From assembly GCA_026391695.1 (NCBI GenBank), contig JAPLDP010000036.1, positions 11,631 through 75,630 on the forward strand: 64,000 nucleotides of DNA, written 5' to 3'. Of this stretch, positions 20,859-29,376 are shown in pieces. Position 1 is the first letter of the stretch; each line of letters begins with the position of its first letter. The translations under genes were made by a program, and so were the position numbers. A model generated the notes under the pieces. It searched no databases, was not told where the DNA came from, and saw only the letters and a program-made list of their open reading frames with translations. The stretch comes from Bacteroidota bacterium (GTDB lineage: Bacteria; Bacteroidota; Bacteroidia; Bacteroidales; JAGONC01).

Positions 20859-22205
20859 TCACCTGCTATATATCGCAGCATCATAGAGCTCATTGAGTAG
20901 CTTGCTTACTGCTTTTGTACCATAATTAAGTACTGTGTATTCCCTGATCTTTTCCTTGTCAAATTCGTTATGATGCACAAGCATCCATTCTATTTTTCTG
21001 AGGAGGTCATCCTCATCACCGGCCCTGACCAGCAAACCTCTGGTAGTATTAACAACCTCGGGAATCCCTCCCACTGCAGTGGCTACAACCGGTACGCCAC
21101 AGGCAAATGCCTCGTTGATCACGACTGGCAGGTTCTCATAGTTACTGAACAGAACCATAAAATCCGATGTGCTGATAGCTTCTACGAGATCCTTCCCTTC
21201 CAGTAGTCCCGTAAAATGCACCCACTCGGTCAATCCCAAATCCTCTGATCTTTTGATCATCCATTCCCGATCTATCCCTTCCCCGACCAGGTAGCATTCC
21301 CAGTCATCCCGTAGCACTGACAACCGTTTTAATACATTTAAAATGCCGGAAATATTCTTCGACCTATCCTCAAAACAAGACACATGAACCATTCTCTTTT
21401 TATGCAAGGCCCCAGGTTGCATTCCGCTATTCACCTTAAAAGGCAGGAACTTATCCGTATCCACCACATTGGGCAATATCCTGAAATTTTTATTGTACAA
21501 ATGGTATCGGAGCATAGCATTTTCAAGGTCCACAGTGGGTGTGGTCACAGCGGAAGCGTACCTGACCACAATTTTCGTCATCAGTTTTCTGAAACATCCC
21601 TTGTATGTATTGACTGATGGCAAGTATCGCGACCAGTGCTCGGTAATGATGTAAGGTGTTGATTTACAAATTTTGAGATACAGGGCAAATATACCTAACC
21701 GGGTGAGCACATGAACATGAATGACATCCGGTTTCCCGCGCTGTTTCAGGATATGCCGGTAGCCGATCAGATTTGCCTTTATGAACCGGCATGTATTAAT
21801 GAACTTGCTATAGGTATTACAGTTGGCAGTTGACAGTTGGCAGTTGACATTGCCATTGACCGTTAGCCGACTGCCGATCCCGACATGCGTCGGGACGTCA
21901 CTTCGTTCCGCTGCCGACTGCCGACCGTTGACTGCCGACTGCCAATCGTCGACTGCCAACTGCCGACTGCCGACTAAATAATACACCCTCACTGTAAAAA
22001 TACCCTGATCCTCAATCTCTTCAATCTCAAATTTTTTATCCATGCTCTCTGAAGCCTGAACATATAACACCGAAACCTTGCTAAACTGCGCCGCTACCAA
22101 AGCATGATTCCGCACAAATAATCCCCATAAAGGATCATACCTATGAGGGTACCAGCGGGGAAGAAAGAGGATGTGGTGCGGAGATTGCGGGGTCACCATG
22201 ATCAA
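20859..22205 (-). CDS. Glycosyltransferase family 4 (GT-B fold) carrying an in-frame ~50-aa insertion encoded by a palindromic heptamer element
   Basis: 448-aa ORF. The C-terminal half has the classic GT4 motif (FSNYENLPVVINEAFACGVPVVATAVGGIPEVV). The N-terminal domain is interrupted at nt 21820-21974. Confidence 0.8.
   Translation of the reverse strand: MIMVTPQSPHHILFLPRWYPHRYDPLWGLFVRNHALVAAQFSKVSVLYVQASESMDKKFEIEEIEDQGIFTVRVYYLVGSRQLAVDDWQSAVNGRQSAAERSDVPTHVGIGSRLTVNGNVNCQLSTANCNTYSKFINTCRFIKANLIGYRHILKQRGKPDVIHVHVLTRLGIFALYLKICKSTPYIITEHWSRYLPSVNTYKGCFRKLMTKIVVRYASAVTTPTVDLENAMLRYHLYNKNFRILPNVVDTDKFLPFKVNSGMQPGALHKKRMVHVSCFEDRSKNISGILNVLKRLSVLRDDWECYLVGEGIDREWMIKRSEDLGLTEWVHFTGLLEGKDLVEAISTSDFMVLFSNYENLPVVINEAFACGVPVVATAVGGIPEVVNTTRGLLVRAGDEDDLLRKIEWMLVHHNEFDKEKIREYTVLNYGTKAVSKLLNELYDAAIYSR
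21820..21974. repeat. Intragenic palindromic element: inverted arms of heptamer units around a central perfect hairpin
   Basis: The left arm is CAGTTGG CAGTTGA CAGTTGG CAGTTGA followed by degenerate units. The centre is CCCGAC-ATGC-GTCGGG (21879-21894). The right arm (21911-21973) is CTGCCGA x2, CCGTTGA, CTGCCGA, CTGCCAA, TCGTCGA, CTGCCAA, CTGCCGA x2. The reverse complement of the right-arm unit (TCGGCAG) matches the left-arm register (TTGGCAG). Confidence 0.8.
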
Positions 22206-22369
22206 TTAGTCAATTTGAGAATTTGAAAATGAAATAATAAATATTTGGCAAATTTAAAGAAAGTTGTCATTTGCCGGAACAGGTATATGAATGAATCTGA
22301 AACTGAATGCACGGACATAAGTTGGTCGTTCATGAAAACTGCGTAATTTTATCCCTTTAATACTATACC

Positions 22370-22422
22370 ACCTCACCTCCTTCACCCCCTCTCCTGGAGA
22401 AGAGGGGGACGGGGGATGAGGT
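22370..22422. repeat. GC-rich imperfect palindrome (REP-like hairpin) in the divergent intergenic region
   Basis: ACCTCACCTCCTTCACCCCCTCTCC-TGGA-GAAGAGGGGGACGGGGGATGAGGT. The core is a perfect 8-bp stem, CCCCCTCT (22385-22392) paired with AGAGGGGG (22401-22408). Confidence 0.6.
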
Positions 22423-22439
22423 AACTAAAAAACCATTCA

Positions 22440-23531
22440 ATGAACACCTGTAAACTCTGCCTGCTGAACGAAAACATCGATGGAGTGATCATTAATGCTG
22501 ACGGCATTTGCAATTACTGTTCGGGATATAGTCTCTACAAGCCGTATGGGGAGGAACAACTACTGAAGATATTTAAAAAAGCCGGCAGGAAACGCCGTCC
22601 GTACGATGCGCTGGTGCCGCTCAGCGGCGGAAAGGACAGCACCTATGTTCTTTACCTGGCGGTGAAAAAATACAAACTCAGGGTGCTGGCCTATACCCTT
22701 GACAATGGATTCATGAGTGAACTCGCCCTGAGGAATATTGAAAGTGCCTTAAAATCCTGCGGTGTCGATCATATCTGGTTCAGATATGATAATAACCTGA
22801 TTTATAAACTCTATCGCACAGCGCTGCTTCATTCGGGTGAAATATGCGGAATTTGCGGGACAGCCATTGAACGCACCATGCTGAAAGTATCGGAAGCCTT
22901 TCATACACCTCTTATCCTTCTCGGGCATTCACCTGTGGAGGATAATTCTTTCACCACAGAAGACCTGTATGATCAGACCAGAATTAAGGCCATTATGAAA
23001 CAAAATCCCGGCATATCGGCATCAGATATGCATCGTTTTCTGATCTATCCAAACCTCAACTTCATTTCAACTTTTATCCTGACAAAGCTGGGACGCTTTG
23101 GTAAGAAGATCAATCCACTCTATTTCATTGACATTCCCAGCGACAGGGAGATTTCGGAGATCCTGGTCAGGGAAATGGGATGGAACGATAGCAGTGCCTC
23201 GGAATATACACGGCACTTTGACTGCATTGCTGAGCCTTTTACAAATCATATCCGTGAAAAGCGATTCGGCTATTCACGTCGAATATGCCAGCTCAGCAAC
23301 ATGATCCGCCTCGGCGAACTGACACGCGAAAAAGCCGCGGAGATATTAAGCACTGATCAAAAAAATCCTGATCCGCCGTTTCTGGATGTCATCATGCAAA
23401 GGATGAACCTGTCGCAGGCAGATATTCAACAAGCCGTGGCAGTTGAAAGGAATGTATTCCAAGATGACGTGTCAGCAGCCAACCGGATTTTTGCCCTTGC
23501 GCGAAAAATCCTGAAAAGGCATAAACACTGA
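22440..23531 (+). CDS. N-acetyl sugar amidotransferase (WbpG-like PP-loop ATPase)
   Basis: 363-aa ORF with an N-terminal Cys cluster (CKLC...CNYC) followed by the PP-loop SGGKDS. This architecture is typical of the LPS/capsule amidotransferase family. Confidence 0.75.
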   Translation: MNTCKLCLLNENIDGVIINADGICNYCSGYSLYKPYGEEQLLKIFKKAGRKRRPYDALVPLSGGKDSTYVLYLAVKKYKLRVLAYTLDNGFMSELALRNIESALKSCGVDHIWFRYDNNLIYKLYRTALLHSGEICGICGTAIERTMLKVSEAFHTPLILLGHSPVEDNSFTTEDLYDQTRIKAIMKQNPGISASDMHRFLIYPNLNFISTFILTKLGRFGKKINPLYFIDIPSDREISEILVREMGWNDSSASEYTRHFDCIAEPFTNHIREKRFGYSRRICQLSNMIRLGELTREKAAEILSTDQKNPDPPFLDVIMQRMNLSQADIQQAVAVERNVFQDDVSAANRIFALARKILKRHKH

Positions 23532-23577
23532 GATTGAAATTACAATAAGTGTTGGTTTGTACTTACGGATGATTTGA

Positions 23578-25602
23578 TCACATTACCACAATCTTACCGA
23601 TGGCCGATGGCTGATGGCCGATGGCCGATATGCGATAGAAATAGATGCCGGATGGAAGGTCTTTTGCATTCCAGGTGACCTGATGGTCGCCTACAGACAG
23701 CAATTCATCCAGAATGGTTGCTATAACTTGTCCCAAGTTATTTATTACTTGGAGATTTACTTTTAAAGGCTCTTGTAACTGGATACTGAATGTGGTGTGT
23801 CCTGTAAAGGGATTGGGATAAACAGAACAGTAGCTTATGTCCATATTATCTGTTAATCCGACGCCACATGCTTCTTCAACCTCCTCCCGGCTGTTGCAAC
23901 CGGTTGCATTACCAGTGATAGCAATGGTTCCATTGGGATTAGCCAGGTAATCACATATACTTTGAACTTCACAGGTAGATAAAGAACTGTCAAAACAGAT
24001 ACATAGATTGTCTATCGATCCGGCAAAAATGTTGTCCAGCCCCCCCAGGCTCGTAAGAACCATATTTAAGCGAATATTCAGATCTCCACCGATGGTGGTC
24101 AAACCTTCCATCCCCATCAGGCTATTAAGGGCAGTGTTGTATCGAATAGTAAGATGCCCCCCAATGGAACTCAGATTTTCCAGCCCCATCAGGTTGGTCA
24201 ATGTATAGTTCCCTTCAATATTAAGGTATCCCCCGATGGAATTTAATCCTTCTATACCTGACAGGTCAGACAGTGCGTCGTTGTCGTTGATTTCAAAATC
24301 TTCCATGACGGAAGTCAACCCTCCAAGTCCTGACAGGCTTGTCAGGGCTTCATTGCTTCTAATATAAAGGTGTCCTTTTATGGAAGTCAAATGCTCTATA
24401 TTCGTCAAGCTGGTCAGTGCCTTGTTATATTCAATAGAAAGGTTTCCCCCGAGGGAAGTCAAGGCTTCCAGTCCCGTAAGACAAGTCAGAACATCGTTGT
24501 ATCCGATATAAAGGTTTCCTCCGATGGAAGTCAAAACCTCCAGTCCTGTCAGGCTGGTCAGTGTATTGTTCTCTTTAATACGAAGGTATCCCCCTATGGA
24601 ATGTAAACCTTCTAAACCAGTCAGGCTGATAAGGGCATCGTTGCCGATGATATCAAAACCTCCCATGATGGAAGTCAACCCTCCAAGTCCTGACAAGTAT
24701 CTCAGGGATTCATTGTATTCAATATAAAGGTCTCCTCCAAGGGAAGTCAAACTCTCCAGTCCGGTCAGGCTGGTCAGGTCATCGTTATAAACAATATAAA
24801 GATATCCTCCGATGAAAATTAAACCCTCCAGTCCAGTCAGGCTGGTTAGTATATTGTTCCCGTCAATATGGAGGTATCCCCCGACGGAAGTCAAATTCTC
24901 CAGTCCTGTCAGGTTAGTAAGTGCGTCGTTGCAAACGATTTCAAAATCATCCGTGATGGAAGTCAACCCGTCAAGTCCTGACAGACTTGTCAGGGCGTTG
25001 TTGCGTTCTATAGAAAGCCAGCCACCCATAGAAGTTAAATTCTCCAGTCCTGTCAGGCTGGTGAGAGCGTCATTGAATAAAACAGAGAGGCCTCCCCCAA
25101 TAGTTGTCAATCCCTTCAGTCCCGTCAGGCTGGTCAGGTTATTGTTTCCTTCAATATAAAAAACTCCTCCGATAGACGTCAAACCTTCTAATCCAATCAT
25201 ACTGGTCAGACTATAGTTTTGAGAAATAAAAATACTTCCCCCGATGGAAGTCACATTGTCCAGTCCCGTCAGACTAATCAGGCCGTTATTAAATTCAATA
25301 TAAAGGTCTCCCCCGATGGAAGTTACATTATCCAGTCCTGTCAGATTTATCAGGATGTTATTGTAATCAATATAAAGAATTCCCCCAATAGAAGTCAAAA
25401 CACTTAATCCGCTTAAATTGGTAATATCGTCTCCCGATATACTCACATCCCCCTCAATTTCCGTACAGCCGGGATAATTGGTCTGGAAATTATCAATTTC
25501 GGATTGGGTTGTAAATGTGATGCCTTCCGGCAGGCAGGATTGCGGTGACGCCGTTATCTGAATGAATATCAAAATAATAAATACAAGAGATGATCTTTTC
25601 AT
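23578..25602 (-). CDS. Leucine-rich-repeat surface protein with T9SS type A sorting domain
   Basis: 674-aa ORF with a signal peptide and ~20 tandem 24-aa units (LTSLTGLExLTSIGGxLxIxxNxx). The CTD is VYPNPFTGHTTFSIQL...GIYFYRISAIGHQPSAIGKIVVM. Confidence 0.85.
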   Translation of the reverse strand: MKRSSLVFIILIFIQITASPQSCLPEGITFTTQSEIDNFQTNYPGCTEIEGDVSISGDDITNLSGLSVLTSIGGILYIDYNNILINLTGLDNVTSIGGDLYIEFNNGLISLTGLDNVTSIGGSIFISQNYSLTSMIGLEGLTSIGGVFYIEGNNNLTSLTGLKGLTTIGGGLSVLFNDALTSLTGLENLTSMGGWLSIERNNALTSLSGLDGLTSITDDFEIVCNDALTNLTGLENLTSVGGYLHIDGNNILTSLTGLEGLIFIGGYLYIVYNDDLTSLTGLESLTSLGGDLYIEYNESLRYLSGLGGLTSIMGGFDIIGNDALISLTGLEGLHSIGGYLRIKENNTLTSLTGLEVLTSIGGNLYIGYNDVLTCLTGLEALTSLGGNLSIEYNKALTSLTNIEHLTSIKGHLYIRSNEALTSLSGLGGLTSVMEDFEINDNDALSDLSGIEGLNSIGGYLNIEGNYTLTNLMGLENLSSIGGHLTIRYNTALNSLMGMEGLTTIGGDLNIRLNMVLTSLGGLDNIFAGSIDNLCICFDSSLSTCEVQSICDYLANPNGTIAITGNATGCNSREEVEEACGVGLTDNMDISYCSVYPNPFTGHTTFSIQLQEPLKVNLQVINNLGQVIATILDELLSVGDHQVTWNAKDLPSGIYFYRISAIGHQPSAIGKIVVM
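23597..23638. repeat. Six heptanucleotide units inside the last 14 codons of the LRR/T9SS gene
   Basis: CCGATGG CCGATGG CTGATGG CCGATGG CCGATAT GCGATAG on the plus strand. This encodes ...RISAIGHQPSAIGK... of the CTD. Confidence 0.7.
23986..25425 (-). repeat. About 20 tandem 72-bp (24-aa) LRR units
   Basis: Counted from residue I60 to about residue 539 of the 674-aa product. Units 7, 11 and 16 are a distinct F(D/E)I variant. Confidence 0.8.
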
Positions 25603-25780
25603 GGCTGGATGACTTGCTTAATAAATCCCCTGATAGCAGTCTATAAAAAAATATTAAATGAATGCTATAAGTGACTTTTCACTTTCATATCCGAAAGGTA
25701 CGAATATAAACAACGCCAAAGAAAATATTTTTACTAAATATGATGATTGCAGAAAGTTTTACCTTTTGCACAAGGAAAGT

Positions 25781-26935
25781 TTACACGATCAGCTCACTGT
25801 TGGCTTGTAAAAATGCGATGATCTTATCAGGTTTTTTCGTTGATGTAGGTAAATTCAGGATGTGTTTCGATATATCGCAGGCAACAGGAATTTGTGCCTC
25901 ATCTACCTCCCACTTTTCGAGGCCTGATTCAACCGGATGAAGCGGCGAACAAAACCAGTCGCCGATTTCGATGTTGGCCTCTGCCGATTTCGATAAAAAT
26001 AAATCCTTGTCCTTGACCAGGAACGGATACCTGAGAAAGCAATGATCCGGATGCAGGCTCTCATCGACATAATATTTCCCATTCTTTCTTAGAAAGTCAG
26101 TATAAATCAAAGCATTGGATTTCCGAAGGCTAATCATTTCCTTATTCCGGGAAATGTTTTTTATACCTCTTTTAATCTGAATCGAACTGATGGATTTGAA
26201 ATAGTTTACCGGCATGTCGATGCCGGTAATCTCCCCTCCTGACGATGAGCCTATTATCAAATTGTTCCTACTCAGCCACCGGTATAGTTTCAACAACTGC
26301 CAGTATGTGTAAGGATTTATCAGTGTATCTTTAAAGAACAGCAGGGAACGAAGAATACACTTTTCAACAAAACCCGGTGCGACTAATGTATTATTGATGC
26401 AAACCATTTTTGACAGGAGCTCCGGATTATTAATTACAGTAAAGCCACCGATTCCGGTTGAAAACGGCTTGTTCCATTGTGTGGAGTAAAAAGCTGCATC
26501 GCAATATATGCCATTAGGCTTATCGTTATATGTTCCACCAAATCCATGTGCACAATCCTCAATAGCGTAAATGCTATTCTCTTTGGCCCATTTTGCGATC
26601 TCATCAACCTGCGACGACAGACCAAAAGTATTTTGTACGATGATGACCTTTGTTTTCGGTGTAACAGCATTTTTATACTGTGCCAATCCGGGATTTAAAG
26701 TCTTCCTGTCAATGTCAACATAAACAGGCTTTGCACCCAGATATTTTATTGCATTGGCCACCACCACACAGGTAAAGCCGGGTAAAATTATTTCATCCTC
26801 TCCGGCAACTTCCATTGCTTTCAGAATTGCATAGAGTGCCACCCTTCCTTTCCAGTAAAGAAAGATATTATCAGAACTTGACTGTAACACCTCCGCGATG
26901 GACTGTTTATATAATGCCTCTTTATGCATCGCCAT
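25781..26935 (-). CDS. DegT/DnrJ/EryC1/StrS-family sugar aminotransferase (PLP-dependent)
   Basis: 384-aa ORF with family-typical segments (ILPGFTCVVVANAI, VIIVQNTFG, AIEDCAHGFGG, FYSTQWNKPFSTGIGG containing the Lys). Confidence 0.8.
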   Translation of the reverse strand: MAMHKEALYKQSIAEVLQSSSDNIFLYWKGRVALYAILKAMEVAGEDEIILPGFTCVVVANAIKYLGAKPVYVDIDRKTLNPGLAQYKNAVTPKTKVIIVQNTFGLSSQVDEIAKWAKENSIYAIEDCAHGFGGTYNDKPNGIYCDAAFYSTQWNKPFSTGIGGFTVINNPELLSKMVCINNTLVAPGFVEKCILRSLLFFKDTLINPYTYWQLLKLYRWLSRNNLIIGSSSGGEITGIDMPVNYFKSISSIQIKRGIKNISRNKEMISLRKSNALIYTDFLRKNGKYYVDESLHPDHCFLRYPFLVKDKDLFLSKSAEANIEIGDWFCSPLHPVESGLEKWEVDEAQIPVACDISKHILNLPTSTKKPDKIIAFLQANSELIV

Positions 26936-27943
26936 TCATGAATGATGTAAAGTTCTATGCACGCTGAACAAACCGCAAAATGAACCTATGCCGTAAGAAA
27001 AATGCAGGATGTAAAAACCCCAGTAAAGATAAATGAATCTTGTACTCTTATCATGCATCTTTAAACAAGCAGAAATTACCACAATGTTGTAGAGTAAGAA
27101 AAACACGGCCGAAAACAGCAGGAACCACGTATTTAACAGAAAACCCAAAATAACAGGGATGACCAGTGAAAGGATAAACAGCAAGGGTACAAAATGCCGT
27201 AAACTTAATGAACTCACATGCTTTGTTATATATACGGTCACAATATTCCAGCGACCATTATTAAAATTATTTATCGCAAGCCCTTTGAAGTCTTCTCTTG
27301 CATAATAAGTAAAGCTTATCTCAGGTATCAAATATATTTTCCCTCCTGATCTTTTTAATCTTTTATTAAATTCAATGTCCTGATTTCTTATCAGATGGTC
27401 ATTAAATCCACCCATTTTTATCAGGGTTTCTTTTTTATAACAGCCAAATGCCACTGTGTCAACTTCCATAGGTTCTTTAGTCCCAATGCGGAAAAAACTG
27501 TCACCAACCCCTAAGGGTGCGGATAATAATTTTTTTATTGCATTCGCTTTGGGAGTTTTATTTATTGTATCTGTTATACAACTAACACCGACATTATCAG
27601 CTTGAAGGCTGATCAGGTTACTCACGAGAACCGAGATGTAATTTGACGGGTAGGATGCATGCGACCCTATAAGGATGATTATTTCTCCTTTGGCTTCTTT
27701 TGTTCCTATATTCACTGCATAGGAAACGTGCCTATAAGGATTATGTATCAGTTTAAAATTGGATAGATCTTTACATTTTTCTTTTATAATCCATTTGGTA
27801 TTATCTATACTTCCTCCATCAACAAATAAAACCTCAAGTAAATCACTGGGATAGTCCTGATTAATTATATCGGTTATTACCTGTTCGATGTACTTTTCCT
27901 CGTTATAAACAGGCATAATGACTGTTACCGTATATCTCATCAA
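26936..27943 (-). CDS. Glycosyltransferase family 2 with C-terminal transmembrane segments
   Basis: 335-aa ORF. The N-terminus VTVIMPVYNEEKYIEQ...FVDGGSIDNT is the GT2 DxD-type fold. The C-terminal ~90 aa are hydrophobic. It abuts the DegT gene with no spacer. Confidence 0.8.
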   Translation of the reverse strand: MMRYTVTVIMPVYNEEKYIEQVITDIINQDYPSDLLEVLFVDGGSIDNTKWIIKEKCKDLSNFKLIHNPYRHVSYAVNIGTKEAKGEIIILIGSHASYPSNYISVLVSNLISLQADNVGVSCITDTINKTPKANAIKKLLSAPLGVGDSFFRIGTKEPMEVDTVAFGCYKKETLIKMGGFNDHLIRNQDIEFNKRLKRSGGKIYLIPEISFTYYAREDFKGLAINNFNNGRWNIVTVYITKHVSSLSLRHFVPLLFILSLVIPVILGFLLNTWFLLFSAVFFLLYNIVVISACLKMHDKSTRFIYLYWGFYILHFSYGIGSFCGLFSVHRTLHHS

Positions 27944-28113
27944 TTAATATCCATTTATTGCCGAACCAATTCAGCCGTAAATTTAGGGAGGGAAATCCGG
28001 AAAAACTAACAGAGTCAAAAAAAATACCGGTCCATTATGCGGATATCGATTTTTATGAGCTGTGTACAGGAATCTGATTATTTATGTAAGTTTGCACGAA
28101 ATCATATACCTGA

Positions 28114-29094
28114 ATGAAAATCGAGTATTACCTGCCTGAGAAGGTTTTCACCAATGATGAACTTGTCACCATCTTTCCGAATCTGGAAGCCTCAAGAGTG
28201 GAAGAAAAATTGGGCATCAGGCAGAGGCATATCGCTTCAGCGGATGAAACGGCCCTGGATCTTGCCTTTGAGGCAGCTAAAAAGGTGCTGAATGATTTTG
28301 ACAAAGAAAAAATTGATTTTATTCTCCTTTGTACCCAAAGCCCTGATTATTTTCTTCCCACCAGTGCCTGCCTGTTACAAAGTAAACTTGGTATAAAGAA
28401 AAGCGCAGGAGCTCTTGATTTCAATCTGGGTAGTTCCGGATTCATTTATGGGCTGGCTTTGGCAAAAGGCCTTCTGCAAAGTCAGGTTGCTTCAAATGTA
28501 CTTCTCGTTAATGCTGAAACATATACTAAACATATACATCCGGATGACCGGGCTAACCGGAGCATTTTTGGAGATGGAGCGGCAGCCACAATCATCGGGA
28601 ATTCTGACAAGGATATCATAAAAGAATTTGTTTTGGGAACAGATGGTAAAGGATTCAGCAACCTGATTGTCACAAATGGCGCAATGCGTCACCCCTTTGG
28701 CGAATCGACCAATGGAACCATCGATGAAAATGGCAACTTTTTTTCACCGGATCATCTTTACATGAATGGCCCGGAAATTTTTAATTTCACCATTGAAAAT
28801 ATACCATTGCTGGTGGAGAATGTTCTGAAAAAAAATGACCTGACTTTAGATCAGATCGATTATTTTATTTTTCATCAGGCCAATAAATATATGCTTGAGT
28901 ACCTAAGGAAAAAGATTAAAATACCACAGGAAAAATACTACAACGATATTCTCATGACTGGTAACACTGTGGCTACCATTCCTATTGCTTTAAAGGAATC
29001 AATCGACAGGGGAATTGTCCATCCCGGGAATAAAATCCTTTTAGCCGGGTTTGGTGTCGGATATTCCTGGGGAGCTACTGTCATCGAGTTATAA
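28114..29094 (+). CDS. KASIII (FabH)-like enzyme with Ser in place of the catalytic Cys; probable acyl-CoA:ACP transacylase
   Basis: 326-aa ORF that aligns along its length with FabH. The FabH motif AFDVAAAC(112)AGF corresponds here to ALDFNLGS(107)SGF (AGT at 28432-28434). The His (FIFHQAN) and Asn (GNTVAT) of the triad are retained. Confidence 0.8.
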   Translation: MKIEYYLPEKVFTNDELVTIFPNLEASRVEEKLGIRQRHIASADETALDLAFEAAKKVLNDFDKEKIDFILLCTQSPDYFLPTSACLLQSKLGIKKSAGALDFNLGSSGFIYGLALAKGLLQSQVASNVLLVNAETYTKHIHPDDRANRSIFGDGAAATIIGNSDKDIIKEFVLGTDGKGFSNLIVTNGAMRHPFGESTNGTIDENGNFFSPDHLYMNGPEIFNFTIENIPLLVENVLKKNDLTLDQIDYFIFHQANKYMLEYLRKKIKIPQEKYYNDILMTGNTVATIPIALKESIDRGIVHPGNKILLAGFGVGYSWGATVIEL

Positions 29095-29123
29095 AGGACA
29101 TTATTTTTTAACATTAGCTTTAC

Positions 29124-29363
29124 ATGATGACCACAAAGGAGTTTATTAAAAAATTGACAGAAGCGCTGGAGTTTTCCGGTGAGACTATCATTGAGAATAC
29201 AAATTTACGTTCCATTAAAGGATATGATTCAATGTCGGTAATGACAATCATTGCCTTTGTGGATGAACATTTCTCAAAGAAGCTGACGGCCCGCCAGCTG
29301 GCAGCAATCACAACTGTCAGAAGCCTGAAAGAACTCATTGGATTGGAACATTTTACTGATTAA
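29124..29363 (+). CDS. Dedicated acyl/peptidyl carrier protein (DltC/ACP-like)
   Basis: 79-aa ORF with the phosphopantetheine attachment motif GYDSMSVMTIIAFV. It lies 30 nt after the KASIII gene. Confidence 0.8.
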   Translation: MMTTKEFIKKLTEALEFSGETIIENTNLRSIKGYDSMSVMTIIAFVDEHFSKKLTARQLAAITTVRSLKELIGLEHFTD

Positions 29364-29376
29364 GGACTGAATACCT

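Noticed and set aside
22206-22439. Invertible promoter (inverton) controlling the polysaccharide locus, as in Bacteroidales capsule loci
   Set aside because: I found only a local hairpin and short 7-bp repeats. There are no long inverted repeats flanking a promoter-sized segment and no site-specific recombinase gene in the window.
24008-25407. Ladder of 62-115-aa plus-strand ORFs (SSPVRLV.. repeats)
   Set aside because: They are mirror images of the 72-bp LRR units of the minus-strand gene, and their periodicity is inherited from the real repeats.
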